Origin: Candidatus Latescibacterota bacterium
GTDB lineage: Bacteria; Latescibacterota; UBA2968; UBA8231
DNA: 64,000 bases
NCBI GenBank assembly: GCA_965223905.1
Contig: CBDCXV010000010.1
Span: 1,600,001-1,664,000, forward strand
Direction: 5' to 3'
In this document: one piece after another, positions 38,954-47,658 of the stretch
Layout of the letters: each line of letters starts with the position of its first letter
Position numbering within the stretch: the first letter of the stretch is position 1
The notes under the pieces: model-generated
Databases searched by the model: none
The model's input: the letters and a program-made list of their open reading frames with translations, nothing else
Told to the model about the DNA's origin: nothing
Position numbers and translations under genes: made by a program

Positions 38954-41689
38954 CTACTTCAGGTAGAGCAGGCGCTGAGTCTGCACCCCGCCCGGATAGT
39001 GCAGGCGCACCAGATACATCCCCGCCGACACCAACGCGCCGCGCCGGTCGCGCGCATCCCAGCGAACCTTATAGAAGCCAGCGTCCTGGTATTGATCGAC
39101 CAGCGTGCGCATGGACTGCCCGAGGAGGTTGTAGATCTCCAGGCGCACGGGGCCGTCCGCGTCCAGGCGATATGGGATGAGGGTGTTGGCGTTGAACGGG
39201 TTGGGCGCGTTGGGCGCGAGGCCCGGCGGCCCGTCCGCGACCGCCGGCTTGGACGCCGGGGCCGCCGGGGTGTCGATGTGGAACCAGCGCGAGCGTTCAC
39301 TCGTTCCGGCCCCGTTGATGGCCTTGATCCGGTAGGTGTAGCGAGTCTCCGCCGCCACCGTGTTGTCGGTGTAGGTGGTGGCGGCCGTCCTCGTGTTCGC
39401 GACCAATACACTGAACTCGCCCTTCGGGTCGACCCCGGGAATGCGCCTCAGGATCACGTAGCCGGTGATGGAGTCGTCGCCGGGATCGTCCCAGGTGAGG
39501 GTCACCGAGTTGTGCGACGCCGTGGCTTCGAGGCCCGTGGGCTTGGCCGGTGCGGAGGCTGGCGGACCGGCCACCGTCGCCGAGATCGTCTCCGACAGCG
39601 CTTGGCCGTCCGAGGCGCAGATTGCCGCCGGGGTGCCGCAGGCCGCCCCGGCCGCGAGCGTCACCGTCACGTCCGCCGGCGAGTCCGGCTCGACGGTCAA
39701 CTGCCACAGGTCCCGGCGTCGGTTCACCCGGCCGGCCGCCGTCGCCCGGCCCCCGGCCACCGCCACCACGTCCTCCCGCAACCGCCGGCCGCTCATCCTG
39801 CTGAGCGGCTCGCTGAACGCGATCCTGAGCTTGAACGCGCGCTCCCCGTCATGCGCCTCCGGCAGGTCCCGGAACTCCGCCGTCAGGTCCGCCGTCGCCG
39901 TCCCGTCCTCGGTCCCGTAGTCGACCGTCACCTCCGAGCCCGGATTCCCTTCGGAGCTCACCGTCTCGTCCTTGCCCTCGGTCGCCTCCGCGTCCTCCAC
40001 CGACAGCACCGAACTCCCTGTGGCTTGGCTCCGGGCGGTCACCGTCTTCCTCGCCGATCCCCGGCTCCCGTGGATCTCATAGAGATATCCGTACGGATGC
40101 ACATTGCTCTGCCTCACCGTGGCGGTCACTTCGCTGTCCGGCTCGTCCGCGTCGCCGTCGTCGCCGGTTTCCAGCACCAGCTCCGCCGTCGTCTGCCCGT
40201 CCGCGAACTCGACGTTCCTGAGTTCCGAATTGTGTCCCCCCTTGATCATCTCGCCGGTCTCGCTGACCGTTACCAAGACGCTCAGCCTGCCGTTGGCCTT
40301 TTCGAAGGACTCATGGCGCGACACCGTGAAGCGCACCGGTTCTCCTTCGGTCACCGAGCCGGGTACCGCTTCGATCGAGATCACTCGCCTGCTGGCCGTC
40401 GTCGCCCGGATCGAGACACTCTCGCTTGTGGGGCCCCCCCTGACCGTGCGCACCTCGAACTCATAGGTGTCCCCCCAGTACAAATCCGTCACCTCGCGGG
40501 AGTTGTAGTTTCTAATCTCGGTGTTGTTGGGCGGGGGAAGGAACTCCTCCGCAACGGTCTTCCAACCCGTCCAGGTGTCCGCGTGAGAAAGGCGGTACCG
40601 GTATTGGTAGTCGTAGCAGACCGGCCGGTTACGGGCGGACTGGGTGTCCGGAGACCACCAACCGAGGTGAATCTGGCCGGGCAACGTGGGATACGCTCTC
40701 ACGCTCACAGGCGGGGAGAGCGGGTTCGGGCAAACGTCGTCGTCCGCGAACCGCGAGTCGACATAGCCGTTCACGCCGAGTCGGTGCACGTTGCTGTCAG
40801 CGGTCCCCCAAGTTGCGTCCGAAGCGTTACCGCAGAGGGGTTGGACCATTGGACTGCACCAGTTCTCATTGGGAATGTCCCACCCCTCCGCAGAAGCCGC
40901 ATCGACGCGTACGATGGTTTCAAGAGTCTGCCAATAGGGAGCGACTTCGCCGAACCTTTTGCGTTTGTCGTAGGAGACCACGACCGCGTACGTCTTGCCT
41001 GCCAAGAGCGGTGCGCCTTCAGGCGCAGTAAAGGTCGCCGTGGTCGCTTCTGGGGTGCTCGGCGGATCTGGGATGCTCGGCGGATTCTCCAAGGTGTAGA
41101 GCTGATATCCGAGGGGCACGGGTTGACAGGGCCAAGGGCAACCAACGAAACCCACATTGGTGAACAATTCGTTGTTGACCAACTCGTAATCCCACGAATC
41201 GGAATACCAGATGCTGACGCTCAACTTCTCGATATCCGCAGCCGCAATGCCTGCACTTACAAACGGGATTTCGACTGACGTGAGCGTGTAGTTGTCTTGA
41301 TCCGGGCCGACGTGGAATGGCTGCGCGGGAGTGTCCCGATGGCTCGACAGTTCCGCTCCGCTTGCGTAGCCGTCCTCGATGTCAGGGGGGTGCCCCAGAT
41401 CGCTCACCAGCACTCGGTCCTGGGCCGCAGCCGGCGGGGCGAGCGCGCCGGAGAGCAGCAGGGCGATCGTGACGAGCAGCGCGTGCGCGAACGGATGTGG
41501 ACCGACCCGGCCGGCCGCGGATACGGCATATGTATGAGGCGAGGAACCGCCGCCCCGGCGGGGCGGCCGGCGGTCAGGCGGAGATGGCGGTCTGGGGGAA
41601 CTTGATTCGGCGTTCGGCGTTCGGCGCTCGGCGCTAGCGACTGCATCCCGTCGCACGCCGTACCCGGCTATCTCTGTTCGACCCTTCAT
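38954..41689 (-). CDS. Large secreted protein: FN3, Calx-beta-like, P..HDG..F repeat, C-terminal FlgD-Ig tail
   Basis: Signal-like LLVTIALLLSGALAPPAAAQ; two FN3-like segments; PNPFN...LEIYNLLGQ...WDARD; start uncertain. Confidence 0.75.
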   Translation of the reverse strand: MKGRTEIAGYGVRRDAVASAERRTPNAESSSPRPPSPPDRRPPRRGGGSSPHTYAVSAAGRVGPHPFAHALLVTIALLLSGALAPPAAAQDRVLVSDLGHPPDIEDGYASGAELSSHRDTPAQPFHVGPDQDNYTLTSVEIPFVSAGIAAADIEKLSVSIWYSDSWDYELVNNELFTNVGFVGCPWPCQPVPLGYQLYTLENPPSIPDPPSTPEATTATFTAPEGAPLLAGKTYAVVVSYDKRKRFGEVAPYWQTLETIVRVDAASAEGWDIPNENWCSPMVQPLCGNASDATWGTADSNVHRLGVNGYVDSRFADDDVCPNPLSPPVSVRAYPTLPGQIHLGWWSPDTQSARNRPVCYDYQYRYRLSHADTWTGWKTVAEEFLPPPNNTEIRNYNSREVTDLYWGDTYEFEVRTVRGGPTSESVSIRATTASRRVISIEAVPGSVTEGEPVRFTVSRHESFEKANGRLSVLVTVSETGEMIKGGHNSELRNVEFADGQTTAELVLETGDDGDADEPDSEVTATVRQSNVHPYGYLYEIHGSRGSARKTVTARSQATGSSVLSVEDAEATEGKDETVSSEGNPGSEVTVDYGTEDGTATADLTAEFRDLPEAHDGERAFKLRIAFSEPLSRMSGRRLREDVVAVAGGRATAAGRVNRRRDLWQLTVEPDSPADVTVTLAAGAACGTPAAICASDGQALSETISATVAGPPASAPAKPTGLEATASHNSVTLTWDDPGDDSITGYVILRRIPGVDPKGEFSVLVANTRTAATTYTDNTVAAETRYTYRIKAINGAGTSERSRWFHIDTPAAPASKPAVADGPPGLAPNAPNPFNANTLIPYRLDADGPVRLEIYNLLGQSMRTLVDQYQDAGFYKVRWDARDRRGALVSAGMYLVRLHYPGGVQTQRLLYLK

Positions 41690-41796
41690 TCCTCTTCTCT
41701 CCTCGATGAATGACAGCCGGGCACGGATAGCGGACGACCCGCTGACTCGGCTGCCTGCCTAACTTCCACGTGGACCCTCCTACCGCTCCTGCTCGA

Positions 41797-41828
41797 TTGC
41801 TCCTGATAACAATAGTTATCGGGAGCAA
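41797..41828. other. lox/dif-like palindrome upstream of recombinase
   Basis: TTGCTCCTGATAAC-AATA-GTTATCGGGAGCAA, 14-bp arms with one mismatch. Confidence 0.55.
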
Positions 41829-41865
41829 CCTTCTCCGGACGTATATCCTTGTCCCAAAGTCAGTT

Positions 41866-42852
41866 ATGCCAATTATGCCCGCAGGAGATGTGACCGACCT
41901 TCCCGACCCGGCCACTTCCCGGTCACAAACCGGCGAGCGCCTGACCGAGTACCTGGGGGACGCCGATGGCGCCCTCAGCGGCAACACCGTGCGGGCGCTG
42001 AAAGCGGACCTGGAACGGTTCGCGGCGTGGTGCGCCGAGCGGGGGGTCGCCCCGCTGCCCGCGCGCTCGGCCACGCTGGTGGCCTACATCGAGGCGATGG
42101 CGAGCGCGCGCGCGCCGGCCACCGTGCGCCGCTACGTGTCGAGCATCGCCGCCGTGCACAAGGCGGCCGGGGAGCCCGGCCCGCTCGATCGCGTGACCGT
42201 GCGGCGGGCCCTACAGCGCATGCACCGGCGCAAGGGGTGCCGGCAGAGGCAGGTCAAGGGGCTGACCTGGACGCTCCGCCGGCGCCTGATGGAGGCTGCC
42301 GGCGACCGGGTGATCGACGTGCGGAACCGCGCCATCCTGGCCGTGGCCTACGACGCCATGCTCCGCCGCTCCGAGCTGGTCGCGCTGCAAGTCGTTGACG
42401 TGACGATGGATAGGAGCGGCTCGGCCTCGCTCCTCGTGCGTCGAGCGAAGACCGATCCGGAGGGCGGCGGCGCGATGCTCTACCTGCACCGCGACAGCGT
42501 CAAGCTGCTCTCGGCGTGGCTGAGCGCGAGCGGCATCGCCGGCGGGCCGCTCTTCCGTTCCGTGCGCAAGGACGGCACGGTGGGCGGGAGGCTCGATGCG
42601 AGCCAGGTGCCGCGCATCTACAAGGGGATGGCCGAACGCGCCGGGCTGCCGGCGCGGATCGTTGGGCGGCTCTCCGGGCACAGTCCCCGCGTGGGCGCGG
42701 TTCAGGACATGATCGCCTCGGGGATCGGGACCCCGGCCATCATGCAGGCCGGACGCTGGAAGAGCGCCCAGATGGTGCAGCGCTACGGCGAGCGGCTGCT
42801 CGCCAAGCGGAATGGCGCCGCGCAGTTGGCACGGCTTCAGAAACGCGGATGA
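41866..42852 (+). CDS. Cre-like tyrosine recombinase
   Basis: SAM-like N-domain; MLRRSEL (R), AKTD (K), HSPR (HxxR), GRW (W), MVQRY (Y). Confidence 0.88.
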   Translation: MPIMPAGDVTDLPDPATSRSQTGERLTEYLGDADGALSGNTVRALKADLERFAAWCAERGVAPLPARSATLVAYIEAMASARAPATVRRYVSSIAAVHKAAGEPGPLDRVTVRRALQRMHRRKGCRQRQVKGLTWTLRRRLMEAAGDRVIDVRNRAILAVAYDAMLRRSELVALQVVDVTMDRSGSASLLVRRAKTDPEGGGAMLYLHRDSVKLLSAWLSASGIAGGPLFRSVRKDGTVGGRLDASQVPRIYKGMAERAGLPARIVGRLSGHSPRVGAVQDMIASGIGTPAIMQAGRWKSAQMVQRYGERLLAKRNGAAQLARLQKRG

Positions 42853-43103
42853 GCCCCGATGACGTCCAAGGCTTTCCGGTCACAAGATTTGCCGCAGGTA
42901 GCTCTCGATTACTATTGCTATCAGGAGCCAACTTGGAAAGTAAGCCATGTTGTGTGAGCTAAGTGTGACTTACGGGGCGAAAGCTCGTGACCATTAGTGA
43001 CTTCCCGCGCGAAACGCGCTATCCTCCACTCCCGCCCGGTCCGGCGGAAACGCGGCCGGACCGATCATTCGGAGCCCAGTGAGCTCCGCCTTACCCTGCG
43101 GCA

Positions 43104-45464
43104 GTGAGTGGAGCATTGAACGATCCAGACCCGGCCGGTCCCGGGAGCGGCGCGTCCGGGGAGCGCATCTCGCGGCTGAGCGCGGCGATCCTGCGCATCA
43201 GCGCGAGCCTCGACCTGGCCACCGTGCTCAAGGAGGTGGTCGACAGCACCCGCGCTCTCACCGGCGCCCGGACCGGTGTCATCACGACGATCGACGGGCG
43301 GGGACGGGTCCAGGACTTCGTCACCTCCGGCCTCGCCCCGGAGGAGCGCCGGAAGATGGTGGAGTGGCCCGACGGGCCGCGGCTCTTCGCGCACCTGCGC
43401 GACCTCCCGGCGCCGCTCCGGGTGGCGGACGTGCAGGACTACCTTCGGTCGCTCGGCCTCTCCCCGAACCCGTGGGGCTCGAAGACGATGCAGGGGACCC
43501 CGATGCACCACCGGGGCGAGCATCTCGGCAGCTTCTTCCTGGCCGACAAGGAGGACGGCGAGGCGTTCACGAGCGAGGACGAGGAGATCCTCGTCCTGCT
43601 CGCCTCGCAGGCGGCGACGGCGATCGCCAACGCGCGCACGCACCGCGAGGTCGAGCGGGCGCGGGCCGACCTCGAGGCCCTGGTCGAGACCTCGCCGGTC
43701 GGCGTCGCGGTGTTCGACGCCGCAACCGGCCATCCGGTCTCGTTCAACCGCGAGGCGCGGCGCATCGTCGAGCGCCTCCGCACCCCCGGCCACCCCCCGG
43801 AGCAGCTGCTCGAGGTGATCACGTGCCGGCACGCCGACGGGCGGGAGGTCTCGCTCGACGAGCTTCCCCTGTCCCGCCAGCTCGGGAGCGCGACGACGAT
43901 GCGCGCCGAGGAAGTCGAACTCTCCGTGCCCGACGGACGGAGCGTCCGGACGCTCTTGAACGTCACGCCGATCCGTTCGGACGACGGAGGCGCCGTGTCG
44001 GTCGTCGTCACCATGCAGGACCTGGAACCACTCGAGGAACTGGAGCGGCAGCGGGCGGAGTTCCTCGGCATGGTGAGTCATGAACTGCGCGCCCCGCTGA
44101 CGTCGATCAAGGGCTCGGCCGCGACCGTGCTGGACGCCGCCACGCTCCCGTCCCAGGCCGAGATGGTGCAGTTCTTCCGCATCATCGGCGGGCAGGCCGA
44201 CCACATGCGGGGCCTCATCGCGAACCTGCTGGACGCGGGGAGCATCGAGGCGGGCACGCTCACCGTGCAGCCCGAGCCCTCGGACGTGGCGGTCCTGGTG
44301 GACCGGGCCCGGAACACGTTCCTGAGCGGCGGCGGCCGCCAGGCCGTGCTCATCGACCTGCCGCCGGACCTGCCGCCGGCGATGGCCGACCGCGAGCGCA
44401 TCGTGCAGGTGCTGAACAACCTGCTCTCGAACGCGGCCCGGCACGCTCCGCCCTCGTCGCCGATCCGGGTCGAGGCGGGGCGCGAGGGCGGCTCCGTCGC
44501 GATCTCGGTCTCCGACGAGGGCCGGGGGATCCCGCCCGACGAGCTTCCGCATCTCTTCGGGAAGCCCGCCCGGCCGGCCGGAGGCACCGGGCTCGGGCTC
44601 GCGATCTGCAAGGGACTCGTCGAGGCGCACGGCGGCCGCATCCGCGCCGAGAGCGGGGGCACGGGCCAGGGCGCGCGCTTCACGTTCACGATCCCCGTGG
44701 CCGGGGAGGTCGCACCGGAAGCGGCCCCGCCCCGCGGCCCGACGCGTACGCCGGGGGAGGGGCGGGAGAAGACGCGCATCCTGGTCGTGGACGACGACCC
44801 GCAGACGCTCCGCTACGTGCGGGACGTCCTCTCCGATGTGGGATACGCCCCGCTCGTCACGGGCGATCCGGACGGGCTGGGCGGCGTGATCCGCGCCGAG
44901 AAGCCCCGCCTCGTGCTCCTCGACCTCATGCTGCCGGGCACGGACGGGATCGAGCTGATGCGGCGGGTCCCGGAGTTGTCCGACCTCCCGGTCATCTTCA
45001 TCTCCGGGTACGGCCGCGACGAGACCATCGCCAGGGCGCTCGAGAGCGGCGCGGCCGACTACATCGTCAAGCCCTTCTCGCCGACCGAGCTCGTCGCCCG
45101 GGTGCAGGCGGCGCTGCGGAACAAGGCCCAGGCCGAAACCTTCGTGCTCGGGGAACTGGCCATCGATTACGGCCTGCGGCGCGTGAGCGTGGCCGGTCGC
45201 GCGGTCCCGCTCACGACCACGGAATACGAGCTGCTGCGCGTCCTGTCGGCGGGCGGCGGACGGGTCGTCACCACGGAGGCGCTCCTCCGGCAGGTGTGGG
45301 GGCGCCGCGGCTCGGACGACACCGACCGCGTGCGCACCGCCGTCAAGAAGCTCCGGGCCAAGCTCGGCGACGACGTCGCCAACCCGACCTACATCTTCAA
45401 CGAGCACGGGATCGGCTACCGCTTCGCGAGGCCGGGCAGGGCCCATGAGGCGGTAGCCGGCTGA
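43104..45464 (+). CDS. Hybrid GAF-PAS histidine kinase-receiver-OmpR wHTH protein
   Basis: SHELRAPLT, NLLSNA, GTGLGL, VVDDD, LLDL, KPF, LTTTEYELL...GIGYRF. Confidence 0.9.
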   Translation: MSGALNDPDPAGPGSGASGERISRLSAAILRISASLDLATVLKEVVDSTRALTGARTGVITTIDGRGRVQDFVTSGLAPEERRKMVEWPDGPRLFAHLRDLPAPLRVADVQDYLRSLGLSPNPWGSKTMQGTPMHHRGEHLGSFFLADKEDGEAFTSEDEEILVLLASQAATAIANARTHREVERARADLEALVETSPVGVAVFDAATGHPVSFNREARRIVERLRTPGHPPEQLLEVITCRHADGREVSLDELPLSRQLGSATTMRAEEVELSVPDGRSVRTLLNVTPIRSDDGGAVSVVVTMQDLEPLEELERQRAEFLGMVSHELRAPLTSIKGSAATVLDAATLPSQAEMVQFFRIIGGQADHMRGLIANLLDAGSIEAGTLTVQPEPSDVAVLVDRARNTFLSGGGRQAVLIDLPPDLPPAMADRERIVQVLNNLLSNAARHAPPSSPIRVEAGREGGSVAISVSDEGRGIPPDELPHLFGKPARPAGGTGLGLAICKGLVEAHGGRIRAESGGTGQGARFTFTIPVAGEVAPEAAPPRGPTRTPGEGREKTRILVVDDDPQTLRYVRDVLSDVGYAPLVTGDPDGLGGVIRAEKPRLVLLDLMLPGTDGIELMRRVPELSDLPVIFISGYGRDETIARALESGAADYIVKPFSPTELVARVQAALRNKAQAETFVLGELAIDYGLRRVSVAGRAVPLTTTEYELLRVLSAGGGRVVTTEALLRQVWGRRGSDDTDRVRTAVKKLRAKLGDDVANPTYIFNEHGIGYRFARPGRAHEAVAG

Positions 45465-45699
45465 CGTTCAGGGATACCGTGCGAGCGGGAAGCGAGTGTC
45501 GAGGATCCCGGATCTCACTCCCGGTCCACCGCGGGAGCGCGCCGGAAGGCCCACAGACAGATCAGGAAGGCGGCGGCGGTCTCCACCAGCAGGATGGAGA
45601 TGGGCAGGTAGCTGCCGACCACGGCGGACGCCAGGGAGACCCGCACCCCCCGAAGCGGGGGATGTCCCGGTGGTCGAGAGGCCGCGGGGAGACGGCGGC

Positions 45700-46152
<453 letters not shown>

Positions 46153-46247
46153 AGGGCGGACTGCCCCTCCCCTGGGGTATTTCGAGGTTTAGGGGGGTGC
46201 AGAAAGTACGTGCGGGGGAGCTGCTGCGGTCAGCGGCCCGGCACTTC

Positions 46248-47169
46248 GCCGGTGCTGGCGGCTCTCACCGCGGCTTCGGTGCGAGGGCTCACCGCCACCG
46301 GGGCAGGCGCCGGCCAACGCCTGCGCCGGGTCCTGAAAGATGCGGCCACCGGGGTGCGTACGGCGCCCTTGTGCTTTGCTTCGCGCGGCTTTTCCCTGCA
46401 TGCGGCAACGCGGATCGCCGGCCCTGACCGGCGCGGGCTCGAACGCTTATGCCGCTACGTGGCCCGGCCGGCCCTGGCGGGGGGGCGTCTGCGCATTCTC
46501 GATGCCGACCATCTTTCCTTCGCGCTCAAAACGCCGTGGTCGGATGGGACCCGCCCTCTCCTGCTGTCTCCGATGGAACTGCTGGAGAAGCTGGCGGCTC
46601 TGGTTCCCCCGCCCCGGTTTCATCTCCTGCGCTACCACGGGGTCCTGGCGCCCCGGGCCCGGGCCCGCGACCGCATCGTGCCGGCCCAGCCGGGTGCCGA
46701 GCCGTCGGCGGCAGACGCCTCGACGAGCGCTGCGTCCTGCGGCCATCGACTGCGCTGGGCGACCCTGCTGGCGCGGGTGTTTTCCTCCGACCTCAGCGAA
46801 TGCGCGGTCTGTGGCGGTCGCCTGAGAATCATCGCCGCCCTGACCGATCCGGCCTCGATCCGGACCTGTCTGGAGGGGGTAGGGCTGCCGGCGATGCCCC
46901 CGCCGAGGGCCCCGCCTGAGCCGCTGTTCGAGTTCGCCGCCTGACCTCCTCCGCGATTCGCTCCCTGCGCCGTGAGCCGTACGGAGGAGTACGCCCTCAA
47001 ATACCAGATTGACCCCTGAAACGCGCCGAAATCCTTTACAACGGTGCTCGGAGCAGGCCCGAACGATTCGGTGCGACGACAAGCGATTCATCAGGAACCC
47101 TGCCTAACCCTTGACAACAGTTTCAGCGAATTGATAGTACCGATATCGGTGCCCTTATTTTTCCTATAC
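46248..47169 (+). mobile_element. ISCR/IS91-family fragment H with alternative 3' UTR/oriIS
   Basis: FSLHAA, LERLCRYVARP, RYHGVLAP; UTR diverges from about 47000 but ends GTGCCCTTATTTTTCCTATAC. Confidence 0.85.
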
Positions 47170-47199
47170 ATAGGAAGAGATTGGTCGCGCCCGCCGGGG

Positions 47200-47440
47200 T
47201 CAGCCGTCCGCCGAGTCTGTAGTTGGGCCCGCGGTCCGACATGCCGACGCCGGCCTCCGGACTCCAGGTGAAGCAGTCGTCGAAGGCGGCGAAGCCGTAG
47301 CCGAACCGCGCCTCCCACCGACGGCTCCCGAGGTCGTTCCCGTTGTCGTTGGCAGCCAGCCCCTCCAGCGTGTCGCGCCGGAGCAGCGCCTCGATCGTGC
47401 CGCTGCCCGCGCCGTCGCGGTAGCCGCCCTCACCCAGGCT
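47200..47440 (-). pseudogene. Remnant resembling an autotransporter-type beta-barrel C-terminus
   Basis: EALL.RDTLEGLAAND...RWEARFGYGF...PEAGVG.S....YRLG.RL. Confidence 0.5.
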
Positions 47441-47658
47441 GTGCGCGACCAAGAGCCCCGTCGTCCACCGGCCTTGCTACTGCAGGCGGTGGACGACCCG
47501 CTTTCTTCGACCTCTCGGTCAAGAAAAACACCTTCAACCGTGGAACCGGGCTGCATCTGGAACCAGCAGATCAACGGTTCCACGGTTGAAGGGATTGGGT
47601 ACATTCTGCTGAAGCAGAGGGTTTCTCGGGCTGACGCCTCCTGCCTAACCGTTCGGCA

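Noticed and set aside
36313-41278. Long + strand ORFs 36313-38442 and 38342-41278
   Set aside because: Antisense shadows of malate synthase and the secreted protein in high-GC DNA; only about 38470-38880 looks coding
41866-42852. Integron integrase for the attC-like sites
   Set aside because: No IntI-specific insertion visible; has Cre-like Trp; far from the sites
43065-45446. 793-aa minus-strand ORF (similar shadows at 11419-13002, 52027-53844, 55647-57431, 20078-21217)
   Set aside because: Antisense to clearly recognisable genes; no motifs
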